This document shows positions 15,001 through 30,000 of a stretch of 64,000 nucleotides of DNA, one piece after another. Numbering within the stretch: position 1 is the stretch's first letter; each line of letters opens with the position of its first letter. This stretch comes from Eledone cirrhosa (Eukaryota): contig OZ024743.1 in the NCBI GenBank assembly GCA_964016885.1, positions 180,358,001-180,422,000 of the forward strand, read 5' to 3'. The translations under genes and the position numbers were made by a program. The notes under the pieces were generated by a model. It made no database searches, was not told the DNA's origin, and saw only the letters and a program-made list of their open reading frames with translations.

Positions 15001-18000
15001 TACAGCTAGTTCTGTCTATACGTCTAGTTCTGTCTATACAGCTAGTTCTATCTATACAGCTAGTTCTGTCTATACAGCTAGTTCTATCTATACAGCTAGT
15101 TCTATCTATACAGCTAGTTCTGTCTATACAGCTAGTTCTATCTATACAGCTAGTTCTGTCTATACAGCTAGTTCTGTCTATACAGCTAGTGCTGTCTATA
15201 CGTCTAGTTCTGTCTATACAGCTAGTTCTGTCTATACAGCTAGTTCTGTCTATACAGTTAGTTCTGTCTATACAGCTAGTTCTGTCTCTACAGCTAGTTC
15301 TGTCTATACAGCTAGTTCTGTCTATACAGCTAGTTCTGTCTATACAGCTAGTTCTATCTATACAGCTAGTTCTGTCTATACAGCTAGTTCTGTCTATACA
15401 GCTAGTTCTCTCTATACAGCTAGTTCTGTCTATACAGCTAGTTCTGTCTATACAGATAGTTCTGTCTATACAGCTAGTTCTGTCTATACAGCTAGTTCTA
15501 TCTATACAGCTAGTTCTGTCTATACAGCTAGTTCTGTCTATACAGCTAGTTCTATCTATACAGCTAGTTCTGTCTATACAGCTAGTTCTGTCTATGGAGC
15601 TAGTTCTGTCTATACAGCTAGTTCTATCTATACAGCTAGTTCTGTCTATACAGCTAGTTCTGTCTGTATGGCTAGTTCTGTCTATACAGCTAGTTCTGTC
15701 TATACAGCTAGTTCTGTCTATACAGCTAGTTCTGTCTATACAGCTAGTTCTGTCTATACGTCTAGTTCTGTCTATACGTCTAGTTCTGTCTATACAGCTA
15801 GTTCTGTCTATACAGCTAGTTCTGTCTATACAGCTAGTTCTGTCTATACAGCTAGTTCTGTCTATACAGATAGTTCTGTCTATACAGCTAGTTCTGTCTG
15901 TACGTCTAGTGCTGTCTATACAGCTAGTTCTGTCTATACAGCTAGTTCTGTCTATGGAGCTAGTGCTGTCTATACAGCTAGTTCTGTCTATACAGCTAGT
16001 TCTGTCTCTACAGCTAGTTCTGTCTATACAGCTAGTTCTGTCTATACAGCTAGTTCTGTCTATACAGCTAGTTCTGTCTATACAGCTAGTTCTGTCTGTA
16101 CGTCTAGTGCTGTCTATACAGCTAGTTCTGTCTATACAGCTAGTTCTGTCTATACAGCTAGTTCTGTCTATACAGCTAGTTCTGTCTATATAGCTAGTTC
16201 TGTCTATACAGCTAGTTCTGTCTATACAGCTAGTTCTGTCTATACAGCTAGTTCTGTCTATACAGCTAGTTCTGTCTATACAGCTAGTTCTGTCTATACA
16301 GCTAGTTCTATCTATACAGCTAGTTCTGTCTATACGACTAGTTCTGTCTATACAGCTAGTTCTGTCTATACAGCTAGTTCTGTCTATACAGCTAGTTCTG
16401 TCTATACAGCTAGTTCTGTCTATACGACTAGTTCTGTCTATACAGCTAGTTCTGTCTATACAGCTAGTTCTGTCTATACAGCTAGTTCTATCTATACAGC
16501 TAGTTCTGTCTATACAGCTAGTTCTGTCTATACAGCTAGTTCTATCTATACAGCTAGTTCTGTCTATACAGCTAGTTCTGTCTATACAGCTAGTGCTGTC
16601 TATACAGCTAGTTCTGTCTATACAGCTAGTTCTGTCTATACAGCTAGTTCTGTCTATACAGCTAGTTCTGTCTATACAGCTAGTTCTGTCTATACAGCTA
16701 GTTCTGTCTATATAGCTAGTTCTGTCTATACAGCTAGTTCTGTCTATACAGCTAGTTCTGTCTATACGACTAGTTCTGTCTATACAGCTAGTTCTGTCTA
16801 TACAGCTAGTTCTGTCTATACAGCTAGTTCTGTCTATACAGCTAGTTCTGTCTATACAGCTAGTTCTGTCTATACAGCTAGTTCTGTCTATACAGCTAGT
16901 TCTGTCTATATAGCTAGTTCTGTCTATACAGCTAGTTCTGTCCATACAGCTAGTTCTGTCTATACAGCTAGTTCTGTCTATACGACTAGTTCTGTCTATA
17001 CAGCTAGTTCTGTCTATATAGCTAGTTCTGTCTATACAGCTAGTTCTGTCTATACAGCTAGTTCTGTCTATACAGCTAGTTCTGTCTATACGACTAGTTC
17101 TGTCTATACAGCTAGTTCTGTCTATGGAGCTAGTGCTGTCTATACAGCTAGTTCTATCTATACAGCTAGTTCTATCTATACAGCTAGTTCTGTCTATACA
17201 GCTAGTTCTGTCTATATAGCTAGTTCTGTCTATACAGCTAGTTCTGTCTATACAGCTAGTTCTGTCTATACAGCTAGTTCTGTCTATACAGTTAGTTCTG
17301 TCTATACAGCTAGTTCTATCTATACAGCTAGTTCTGTCTATACAGCTAGTTCTGTCTATACAGCTAGTTCTGTCTATACGACTAGTTCTGTCTGTATGGC
17401 TAGTTCTGTCTATACAGCTAGTTCTGTCTATACAGCTAGTTCTGTCTATACAGCTAGTTCTGTCTATACAGCTAGTTCTGTCTATACAGCTAGTTCTGTC
17501 TATACAGCTAGTTCTGTCTATACAGCTAGTTCTGTCTATACAGCTAGTTCTATCTATACAGCTAGTTCTGTCTATACAGATAGTTCTGTCTCTACAGCTA
17601 GTTCTGTCTCTACAGCTAGTTCTGTCTATACAGCTAGTTCTGTCTATACAGCTAGTGCTGTCTATACGACTAGTTCTGTCTATACAGCTAGTTCTGTCTA
17701 TACAGCTAGTTCTGTCTATACGACTAGTTCTGTCTATACAGCTAGTTCTGTCTATACAGCTAGTTCTGTCTATACAGCTAGTTCTGTCTATACAGCTAGT
17801 TCTATCTATACAGCTAGTTCTGTCTATACAGCTAGTTCTGTCTATACAGCTAGTTCTGTCTATACAGCTAGTTCTGTCTATACAGCTAGTTCTGTCTGTA
17901 CGTCTAGTTCTGTCTATACAGATAGTTCTGTCTATACAGCTAGTTCTGTCTATACGACTAGTTCTGTCTATACAGCTAGTTCTGTCTATACAGCTAGTTC

Positions 18001-21000
18001 TATCTATACAGCTAGTTCTATCTATACAGCTAGTTCTGTCTATACAGCTAGTTCTGTCTATACAGCTAGTTCTGTCTATACAGCTAGTTCTATCTATACA
18101 GCTAGTTCTGTCTATACAGCTAGTTCTGTCTATACAGCTAGTTCTGTCTATACAGCTAGTTCTGTCTATACAGCTAGTTCTGTCTATACAGCTAGTTCTA
18201 TCTATACAGCTAGTTCTGTCTATACAGCTAGTTCTGTCTATACAGCTAGTTCTGTCTATACGACTAGTTCTGTCTCTACAGCTAGTTCTGTCTATACAGC
18301 TAGTTCTGTCTATACAGCTAGTTCTGTCTATACAGCTAGTTCTGTCTATACAGCTAGTTCTGTCTATACAGCTAGTTCTGTCTATACGACTAGTTCTGTC
18401 TATACAGTTAGTTCTGTCTATACAGCTAGTTCTGTCTATACAGCTAGTTCTGTCTATACAGCTAGTTCTGTCTATACAGTTAGTTCTGTCTATACAGTTA
18501 GTTCTGTCTATACAGCTAGTTCTGTCTATACAGCTAGTTCTGTCTATACAGCTAGTGCTGTCTATACAGTTAGTTCTGTCTATACAGTTAGTTCTGTCTA
18601 TACAGCTAGTTCTGTCTATACAGCTAGTTCTATCTATACAGCTAGTTCTGTCTATACAGCTAGTTCTGTCTATACAGTTAGTTCTGTCTATACAGCTAGT
18701 TCTGTCTATACAGCTAGTTCTGTCTATACAGCTAGTTCTGTCTATACAGCTAGTTCTGTCTATACAGCTAGTGCTGTCTATACGACTAGTTCTGTCTATA
18801 CAGCTAGTTCTATCTATACAGCTAGTTCTGTCTATACAGCTAGTTCTGTCTATACAGCTAGTTCTGTCTATACAGTTAGTTTTGTCTCTACAGCTAGTTC
18901 TGTCTATACAGCTAGTTCTGTCTATACAGTTAGATCTGTCTATACAGCTAGTGCTGTCTATACGACTAGTTCTGTCTATACAGCTAGTTCTGTCTATACA
19001 GCTAGTTCTGTCTCTACAGCTAGTTCTGTCTATACAGCTAGTTCTGTCTATACAGTTAGTTCTGTCTCTACAGCTAGTTCTGTCTATACAGCTAGTTCTG
19101 TCTATACAGCTAGTTCTGTCTATACAGCTAGTTCTGTCTATACAGCTAGTTCTGTCTATACAGCTAGTTCTGTCTATACAGCTAGTACTGTCTATACAGC
19201 TAGTTCTGTCTATACAGCTAGTTCTGTCTATACAGCTAGTTCTGTCTATACAGCTAGTTCTGTCTATACAGCTAGTTCTGTCTATACAGCTAGTTCTGTC
19301 TATACAGCTAGTTCTGTCTATACAGCTAGTTCTGTCTATACAGCTAGTACTGTCTATACAGCTAGTTCTGTCTATACAGCTAGTTCTGTCTATACAGCTA
19401 GTTCTGTCTATACAGCTAGTTCTGTCTATACAGCTAGTTCTGTCTATACAGCTAGTTCTGTCTATACAGCTAGTTCTGTCTATACAGCTAGTTCTGTCTA
19501 TACAGCTAGTTCTGTCTATACAGCTAGTTCTGTCTATACGACTAGTTCTGTCTATACGACTAGTTCTGTCTATACAGCTAGTTCTGTCTATACAGCTAGT
19601 TCTATCTATACAGCTAGTTCTGTCTATACAGCTAGTTCTGTCTATACAGCTAGTTCTGTCTATACAGCTAGTTCTGTCTATACAGCTAGTTCTGTCTATG
19701 TAGCTAGTTCTGTCTATACAGCTAGTTCTGTCTATACAGCTAGTTCTGTCTATACAGCTAGTTCTGTCTATACAGCTAGTTCTGTCTATACAGCTAATTC
19801 TGTCTATACAGCTAGTTCTGTCTATACAGCTAGTTCTGTCTATACAGCTAGTTCTGTCTATACAGCTAGTTCTGTCTATACAGCTAGTTCTGTCTATACA
19901 GCTAGTTCTGTCTATACAGCTAGTTCTGTCTATACAGCTAGTTCTGTCTATACAGCTAGTTCTGTCTATACAGCTAGTTCTGTCTATACAGCTAGTTCTG
20001 TCTATACAGCTAGTTCTGTCTATACAGCTAGTTCTGTCTATACAGCTAGTTCTGTCTATACAGCTAGTTCTGTCTATACAGCTAGTTCTGTCTATACAGC
20101 TAGTTCTGTCTATACAGCTAGTTCTGTCTATACAGCTAGTACTGTCTATACAGCTAGTTCTGTCTATACAGCTAGTTCTGTCTATACAGCTAGTTCTGTC
20201 TATACAGCTAGTTCTGTCTATACAGCTAGTTCTGTCTATACAGCTAGTTCTGTCTATACAGCTAGTTCTGTCTATACAGCTAGTTCTGTCTATACAGCTA
20301 GTTCTGTCTATACAGCTAGTTCTGTCTATACGACTAGTTCTTTCTATACGACTAGTTCTGTCTATACAGCTAGTTCTGTCTATACAGCTAGTTCTATCTA
20401 TACAGCTAGTTCTGTCTATACAGCTAGTTCTGTCTATACAGCTAGTTCTGTCTATACAGCTAGTTCTGTCTATACAGCTAGTTCTGTCTATGTAGCTAGT
20501 TCTGTCTATACAGCTAGTTCTGTCTATACAGCTAGTTCTGTCTATACAGCTAGTTCTGTCTATACAGCTAGTTCTGTCTATACAGCTAGTTCTGTCTATA
20601 CAGCTAGTTCTGTCTATACAGCTAGTTCTGTCTATACAGCTAGTTCTGTCTATACAGCTAGTTCTGTCTATACAGCTAGTTCTGTCTATACAGCTAGTTC
20701 TGTCTATACAGCTAGTTCTGTCTATACAGCTAGTTCTGTCTATACAGCTAGTTCTGTCTATACAGCTAGTTCTGTCTATACAGCTAGTTCTGTCTATACA
20801 GCTAGTTCTGTCTATACGACTAGTTCTGTCTATACGACTAGTTCTGTCTATACAGCTAGTTCTGTCTATACAGCTAGTTCTATCTATACAGCTAGTTCTG
20901 TCTATACAGCTAGTTCTGTCTATACAGCTAGTTCTGTCTATACAGCTAGTTCTGTCTATACAGCTAGTTCTGTCTATGTAGCTAGTTCTGTCTATACAGC

Positions 21001-24000
21001 TAGTTCTGTCTATACAGCTAGTTCTGTCTATACAGCTAGTTCTGTCTATACAGCTAGTTCTGTCTATACAGCTAGTTCTGTCTATACAGCTAGTTCTATC
21101 TATACAGCTAGTTCTGTCTATACAGCTAGTTCTGTCTATACAGCTAGTTCTGTCTATACAGCTAGTTCTGTCTATACAGCTAGTTCTGTCTATACAGCTA
21201 GTTCTGTCTATACAGCTAGTTCTGTCTATGTAGCTAGTTCTGTCTATACAGCTAGTTCTGTCTATACAGCTAGTTCTGTCTATACAGCTAGTTCTGTCTA
21301 TACAGCTAGTTCTGTCTATACAGCTAGTTCTGTCTATACAGCTAGTTCTGTCTATACAGCTAGTTCTGTCTATACAGCTAGTTCTGTCTATACAGCTAGT
21401 TCTGTCTGTACGTCTAGTTCTGTCTATACAGATAGTTCTGTCTATACAGCTAGTTCTGTCTATACGACTAGTTCTGTCTATACGACTAGTTCTGTCTATA
21501 CAGCTAGTTCTGTCTATACAGCTAGTTCTGTCTATACAGCTAGTTCTGTCTATACAGCTAGTTCTGTCCATACAGCTAGTTCTGTCTATACAGCTAGTTC
21601 TATCTATACAGCTAGTTCTGTCTATACAGCTAGTTCTATCTATACAGCTAGTTCTGTCTGTACGTCTAGTTCTGTCTATACAGCTAGTTCTGTCTATACA
21701 GCTAGTGCTGTCTATACGACTAGTTCTGTCTATACAGCTAGTTCTGTTTATACAGCTAGTTCTGTCTATACAGCTAGTTCTGTCTATACAGCTAGTTCTC
21801 TCTATACGACTAGTTCTGTCTATACAGCTAGTTCTGTCTATACAGCTAGTTCTGTCTATACAGCTAGTTCTGTCTATACAGCTAGTTCTGTCTATACAGC
21901 TAGTTCTGTCTATACAGCTAGTTCTGTCTATACAGCTAGTTCTGTCTATACAGCTAGTTCTGTCTATACAGCTAGTTCTGTCTATACAGCTAGTTCTGTC
22001 TATACAGCTAGTTCTGTCTGTACGTCTAGTTCTGTCTATACAGATAGTTCTGTCTATACAGCTAGTTCTGTCTATACAGCTAGTTCTGTCTATACGACTA
22101 GTTCTGTCTATACAGCTAGTTCTGTCTATACAGCTAGTTCTGTCTATACAGCTAGTTCTGTCTATACAGCTAGTTCTGTCTATACAGCTAGTTCTGTCTA
22201 TACAGCTAGTTCTGTCTGTACGTCTAGTTCTGTCTATACAGATAGTTCTGTCTATACAGCTAGTTCTGTCTATACAGCTAGTTCTGTCTATACAGCTAGT
22301 TCTGTCTATACAGCTAGTTCTGTCTATACAGCTAGTTCTGTCTATACAGCTAGTTCTGTCTATACAGCTAGTTCTGTCTATACAGCTAGTTCTGTCTATA
22401 CAGCTAGTTCTGTCTATACGACTAGTTCTGTCTATACGACTAGTTCTGTCTATACAGCTAGTTCTGTCTATACAGCTAGTTCTGTCTATACAGCTAGTTC
22501 TGTCTATACAGCTAGTTCTGTCTATACAGCTAGTTCTGTCTATACAGCTAGTTCTGTCTGTACGTCTAGTTCTGTCTATACAGATAGTTCTGTCTATACA
22601 GCTAGTTCTGTCTATACAGCTAGTTCTGTCTATACAGCTAGTTCTGTCTATACAGCTAGTTCTGTCTATACAGCTAGTTCTGTCTATACGACTAGTTCTG
22701 TCTATACAGCTAGTTCTGTCTATACAGCTAGTTCTGTCTATACAGATAGTTCTGTCTATACAGCTAGTTCTGTCTATACAGCTAGTTCTGTCTATACGAC
22801 TAGTTCTGTCTATACGACTAGTTCTGTCTATACAGATAGTTCTGTCTATACAGCTAGTTCTGTCTATACAGCTAGTTCTGTCTATACAGCTAGTTCTGTC
22901 TATACAGCTAGTTCTGTCTATACAGCTAGTTCTGTCTATACGACTAGTTCTGTCTATACAGCTAGTTCTGTCTATACGACTAGTTCTGTCTATACGACTA
23001 GTTCTGTCTATACGACTAGTTCTGTCTATACAGATAGTTCTGTCTATACAGCTAGTTCTGTCTATACAGCTAGTTCTGTCTATACAGCTAGTTCTGTCTA
23101 TACAGCTAGTTCTGTCTATACAGCTAGTTCTGTCTGTACGACTAGTTCTGTCTATACAGCTAGTTCTGTCTATACAGCTAGTTCTGTCTATACGACTAGT
23201 TCTGTCTATACGACTAGTTCTGTCTCTACAGCTAGTTCTGTCTATACAGTTAGTTCTGTCTATACAGCTAGTTCTGTCTATACAGCTAGTTCTGTCTATA
23301 CAGCTAGTTCTGTCTATACAGCTAGTTCTGTCTATACAGCTAGTTCTGTCTATACAGCTAGTTCTGTCTATACAGCTAGTTCTGTCTATACGACTAGTTC
23401 TGTCTATACGACTAGTTCTGTCTATACAGCTAGTTCTGTCTATACGACTAGTTCTGTCTATACAGCTAGTTCTGTCTATACAGCTAGTTCTGTCTATACA
23501 GCTAGTTCTGTCTATACAGCTAGTTCTGTCTATACGACTAGTTCTGTCTATACAGCTAGTTCTGTCTATACAGCTAGTTCTGTCTATACAGCTAGTTCTG
23601 TCTATACGACTAGTTCTGTCTATACAGCTAGTTCTGTCTATACAGCTAGTTCTGTCTATACAGCTAGTTCTGTCTATACAGCTAGTTCTGTCTATACAGC
23701 TAGTTCTGTCTATACAGCTAGTTCTGTCTATACAGCTAGTTCTGTCTATACGACTAGTTCTGTCTATACGACTAGTTCTGTCTATACAGCTAGTTCTGTC
23801 TATACGACTAGTTCTGTCTATACGACTAGTTCTGTCTATACAGCTAGTTCTGTCTATACAGCTAGTTCTGTCTATACAGCTAGTTCTGTCTATACGACTA
23901 GTTCTGTCTATACAGCTAGTTCTGTCTATACAGCTAGTTCTGTCTATACAGCTAGTTCTGTCTCTACAGCTAGTTCTGTCTATACAGCTAGTTCTGTCTA

Positions 24001-27000
24001 TACAGCTAGTTCTGTCTATACAGCTAGTTCTGTCTATACAGCTAGTTCTGTCTATACAGCTAGTTCTGTCTATACGACTAGTTCTGTCTATACGACTAGT
24101 TCTGTCTATACAGCTAGTTCTGTCTATACAGCTAGTTCTGTCTATACAGCTAGTTCTGTCTATACGACTAGTTCTGTCTATACAGCTAGTTCTGTCTATA
24201 CGACTAGTTCTTTCTATACAGCTAGTTCTATCTATACAGCTAGTTCTGTCTATACGACTAGTTCTTTCTATACAGCTAGTTCTATCTATACAGCTAGTTC
24301 TGTCTATACGACTAGTTCTGTCTATACGACTAGTTCTGTCTATACAGCTAGTTCTGTCTATACAGCTAGTTCTGTCTATACAGATAGTTCTATCTATACG
24401 ACTAGTTCTGTCTATACAGCTAGTTCTGTCTATACAGTTCGTTCTGTCTATACAGCTAGTTCTGTCTATACAGCTAGTTCTGTCTATACGACTAGTTCTG
24501 TCTATACAGCTAGTTCTGTCTATACAGCTAGTTCTGTCTATACGACTAGTTCTGTCTATACAGCTAGTTCTGTCTATACAGCTAGTTCTGTCTATACAGC
24601 TAGTTCTGTCTATGGAGCTAGTTCTGTCTATACAGCTAGTTCTATCTATACAGCTAGTTCTGTCTATACAGCTAGTTCTGTCTATGGAGCTAGTGCTGTC
24701 TATACAGCTAGTTCTATCTATACAGCTATTTCTGTCTATACAGCTAGTTCTGTCTATGGAGCTAGTTCTGTCTATACAGCTAGTTCTATCTATACAGCTA
24801 GTTCTGTCTATACAGCTAGTTCTGTCTATGGAGCTAGTGCTGTCTATACAGCTAGTTCTATCTATACAGCTATTTCTGTCTATACAGCTAGTTCTGTCTA
24901 TACAGCTAGTTCTGTCTATACAGCTAGTTCTATCTATACAGCTAGTTCTATCTATACAGCTAGTTCTGTCTATACAGCTAGTTCTGTCTATGTAGCTAGT
25001 TCTGTCTATACAGCTAGTTCTATCTATACAGCTAGTTCTGTCTATACAGCTAGTTCTATCTATACAGCTAGTTCTGTCTATACAGCTAGTTCTGTCTATA
25101 CAGCTAGTTCTGTCTATGTAGCTAGTTCTGTCTATACAGCTAGTTCTATCTATACAGCTAGTTCTATCTATACAGCTAGTTCTGTCTATACAGCTAGTTC
25201 TGTCTATGGAGCTAGTTCTGTCTATACAGCTAGTTCTATCTATACAGCTAGTTCTGTCTATACAGCTAGTTCTGTCTATGGAGCTAGTGCTGTCTATACA
25301 GCTAGTTCTGTCTATACAGCTAGTTCTGTCTATACAGCTAGTTCTGTCTATACAGCTAGTTCTGTCTATACAGCTAGTTCTGTCTATACAGCTAGTTCTG
25401 TCTATACAACTAGTTCTGTCTATACAGCTAGTTCTGTCTATACAGCTAGTTCTGTCTATACAGCTAGTTCTGTCTATACAGCTAGTTCTGTCTATACAGC
25501 TAGTTCTATCTATACAGCTAGTTCTGTCTATACAGCTAGTTCTGTCTATACAGCTAGTTCTGTCTATACAGCTAGTTCTGTCTATACAGCTAGTTCTGTC
25601 TATACAGCTAGTTCTGTCTATACAGCTAGTTCTGTCTATACAGCTAGTTCTGTCTATACAGCTAGTTCTGTCTATACAGCTAGTTCTATCTATACAGCTA
25701 GTTCTGTCTATACAGCTAGTTCTGTCTATACAGCTAGTTCTGTCTATACAGCTAGTTCTGTCTATACAGCTAGTTCTGTCTATACAGCTAGTTCTGTCTA
25801 TACGACTAGTTCTGTCTATACAGCTAGTTCTGTCTATACAGCTAGTTCTGTCTATACAGATAGTTCTGTCTATACAGCTAGTTCTGTCTATACAGCTAGT
25901 TCTGTCTATACAGCTAGTTCTGTCTATACAGCTAGTTCTGTCTATACAGCTAGTTCTATCTATACAGCTAGTTCTGTCTATACAGCTAGTTATGTCTGTA
26001 CGTCTAGTTCTGTCTATACAGCTAGTTCTGTCTATACGACTAGTTCTGTCTATACAGCTAGTTCTGTCTATACGACTAGTTCTGTCTATACAGCTAGTTC
26101 TGTCTATACAGCTAGTTCTGTCTATACAGCTAGTTCTGTCTATACAGCTAGTTCTGTCTATACGACTAGTTCTGTCTATACAGCTAGTTCTGTCTATACG
26201 ACTAGTTCTGTCTATACGACTAGTTCTGTCTATACGACTAGTTCTGTCTATACAGATAGTTCTGTCTATACAGCTAGTTCTGTCTATACAGCTAGTTCTG
26301 TCTATACAGCTAGTTCTGTCTATACAGCTAGTTCTGTCTATACAGCTAGTTCTGTCTATACGACTAGTTCTGTCTATACAGCTAGTTCTGTCTATACAGC
26401 TAGTTCTGTCTATACGACTAGTTCTGTCTATACGACTAGTTCTGTCTCTACAGCTAGTTCTGTCTATACAGTTAGTTCTGTCTATACAGCTAGTTCTGTC
26501 TATACAGCTAGTTCTGTCTATACAGCTAGTTCTGTCTATACAGCTAGTTCTGTCTATACAGCTAGTTCTGTCTATACAGCTAGTTCTGTCTATACAGCTA
26601 GTTCTGTCTATACGACTAGTTCTGTCTATACGACTAGTTCTGTCTATACAGCTAGTTCTGTCTATACGACTAGTTCTGTCTATACAGCTAGTTCTGTCTA
26701 TACAGCTAGTTCTGTCTATACAGCTAGTTCTGTCTATACAGCTAGTTCTGTCTATACGACTAGTTCTGTCTATACAGCTAGTTCTGTCTATACAGCTAGT
26801 TCTGTCTATACAGCTAGTTCTGTCTATACGACTAGTTCTGTCTATACAGCTAGTTCTGTCTATACAGCTAGTTCTGTCTATACAGCTAGTTCTGTCTATA
26901 CAGCTAGTTCTGTCTATACAGCTAGTTCTGTCTATACAGCTAGTTCTGTCTATACAGCTAGTTCTGTCTATACGACTAGTTCTGTCTATACGACTAGTTC

Positions 27001-30000
27001 TGTCTATACAGCTAGTTCTGTCTATACGACTAGTTCTGTCTATACGACTAGTTCTGTCTATACAGCTAGTTCTGTCTATACAGCTAGTTCTGTCTATACA
27101 GCTAGTTCTGTCTATACGACTAGTTCTGTCTATACAGCTAGTTCTGTCTATACAGCTAGTTCTGTCTATACAGCTAGTTCTGTCTCTACAGCTAGTTCTG
27201 TCTATACAGCTAGTTCTGTCTATACAGCTAGTTCTGTCTATACAGCTAGTTCTGTCTATACAGCTAGTTCTGTCTATACAGCTAGTTCTGTCTATACGAC
27301 TAGTTCTGTCTATACGACTAGTTCTGTCTATACAGCTAGTTCTGTCTATACAGCTAGTTCTGTCTATACAGCTAGTTCTGTCTATACGACTAGTTCTGTC
27401 TATACAGCTAGTTCTGTCTATACGACTAGTTCTTTCTATACAGCTAGTTCTATCTATACAGCTAGTTCTGTCTATACGACTAGTTCTTTCTATACAGCTA
27501 GTTCTATCTATACAGCTAGTTCTGTCTATACGACTAGTTCTGTCTATACGACTAGTTCTGTCTATACAGCTAGTTCTGTCTATACAGCTAGTTCTGTCTA
27601 TACAGATAGTTCTATCTATACGACTAGTTCTGTCTATACAGCTAGTTCTGTCTATACAGTTCGTTCTGTCTATACAGCTAGTTCTGTCTATACAGCTAGT
27701 TCTGTCTATACGACTAGTTCTGTCTATACAGCTAGTTCTGTCTATACAGCTAGTTCTGTCTATACGACTAGTTCTGTCTATACAGCTAGTTCTGTCTATA
27801 CAGCTAGTTCTGTCTATACAGCTAGTTCTGTCTATGGAGCTAGTTCTGTCTATACAGCTAGTTCTATCTATACAGCTAGTTCTGTCTATACAGCTAGTTC
27901 TGTCTATGGAGCTAGTGCTGTCTATACAGCTAGTTCTATCTATACAGCTATTTCTGTCTATACAGCTAGTTCTGTCTATGGAGCTAGTTCTGTCTATACA
28001 GCTAGTTCTATCTATACAGCTAGTTCTGTCTATACAGCTAGTTCTGTCTATGGAGCTAGTGCTGTCTATACAGCTAGTTCTATCTATACAGCTATTTCTG
28101 TCTATACAGCTAGTTCTGTCTATACAGCTAGTTCTGTCTATACAGCTAGTTCTATCTATACAGCTAGTTCTATCTATACAGCTAGTTCTGTCTATACAGC
28201 TAGTTCTGTCTATGTAGCTAGTTCTGTCTATACAGCTAGTTCTATCTATACAGCTAGTTCTGTCTATACAGCTAGTTCTATCTATACAGCTAGTTCTGTC
28301 TATACAGCTAGTTCTGTCTATACAGCTAGTTCTGTCTATGTAGCTAGTTCTGTCTATACAGCTAGTTCTATCTATACAGCTAGTTCTATCTATACAGCTA
28401 GTTCTGTCTATACAGCTAGTTCTGTCTATGGAGCTAGTTCTGTCTATACAGCTAGTTCTATCTATACAGCTAGTTCTGTCTATACAGCTAGTTCTGTCTA
28501 TGGAGCTAGTGCTGTCTATACAGCTAGTTCTGTCTATACAGCTAGTTCTGTCTATACAGCTAGTTCTGTCTATACAGCTAGTTCTGTCTATACAGCTAGT
28601 TCTGTCTATACAGCTAGTTCTGTCTATACAACTAGTTCTGTCTATACAGCTAGTTCTGTCTATACAGCTAGTTCTGTCTATACAGCTAGTTCTGTCTATA
28701 CAGCTAGTTCTGTCTATACAGCTAGTTCTATCTATACAGCTAGTTCTGTCTATACAGCTAGTTCTGTCTATACAGCTAGTTCTGTCTATACAGCTAGTTC
28801 TGTCTATACAGCTAGTTCTGTCTATACAGCTAGTTCTGTCTATACAGCTAGTTCTGTCTATACAGCTAGTTCTGTCTATACAGCTAGTTCTGTCTATACA
28901 GCTAGTTCTATCTATACAGCTAGTTCTGTCTATACAGCTAGTTCTGTCTATACAGCTAGTTCTGTCTATACAGCTAGTTCTGTCTATACAGCTAGTTCTG
29001 TCTATACAGCTAGTTCTGTCTATACGACTAGTTCTGTCTATACAGCTAGTTCTGTCTATACAGCTAGTTCTGTCTATACAGATAGTTCTGTCTATACAGC
29101 TAGTTCTGTCTATACAGCTAGTTCTGTCTATACAGCTAGTTCTGTCTATACAGCTAGTTCTGTCTATACAGCTAGTTCTATCTATACAGCTAGTTCTGTC
29201 TATACAGCTAGTTATGTCTGTACGTCTAGTTCTGTCTATACAGCTAGTTCTGTCTATACGACTAGTTCTGTCTATACAGCTAGTTCTGTCTATACGACTA
29301 GTTCTGTCTATACAGCTAGTTCTGTCTATACAGCTAGTTCTATCTATACAGCTAGTTCTGTCTATACAGCTAGTTCTGTCTGTACGTCTAGTTCTGTCTA
29401 TACAGCTAGTTCTGTCTATACGACTAGTTCTGTCTATACAGCTAGTTCTGTCTATACAGCTAGTTCTATCTATACAGCTAGTTCTGTCTATACAGCTAGT
29501 TCTGTCTATACAGCTAGTTCTGTCTATACAGTTAGTTCTGTCTATACAGCTAGTTCTATCTATACAGCTAGTTCTGTCTATACAACTAGTTCTGTCTATA
29601 CAGCTAGTTCTGTCTATACAGCTAGTTCTGTCTATACAGCTAGTTCTGTCTATACAGCTAGTTCTATCTATACAGCTAGTTCTGTCTATACAGCTAGTTC
29701 TATCTATACATCTAGTTCTGTCTATACAGCTAGTTCTGTCTATACAGCTAGTTCTGTCTATACAACTAGTTCTGTCTATACAGCTAGTTCTGTCTATACA
29801 GATAGTTCTGTCTATACAGCTAGTTCTGTCTATACAGCTAGTTCTGTCTATACAGCTAGTTCTGTCTATACAGCTAGTTCTATCTATACAGCTAGTTCTG
29901 TCTATACAGCTAGTTCTGTCTCTACAGCTAGTTATGTCTATACAGCTAGTGCTGTCTATACAGCTAGTTCTGTCTATACAGCTAGTTCTGTCTCTACAGC

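Noticed and set aside
2330-21571. 6413-aa IDRTSC-repeat ORF on the - strand
   Set aside because: Antisense translation of the satellite. The start ATG is a single point variant (gtccat at about 21567-72).
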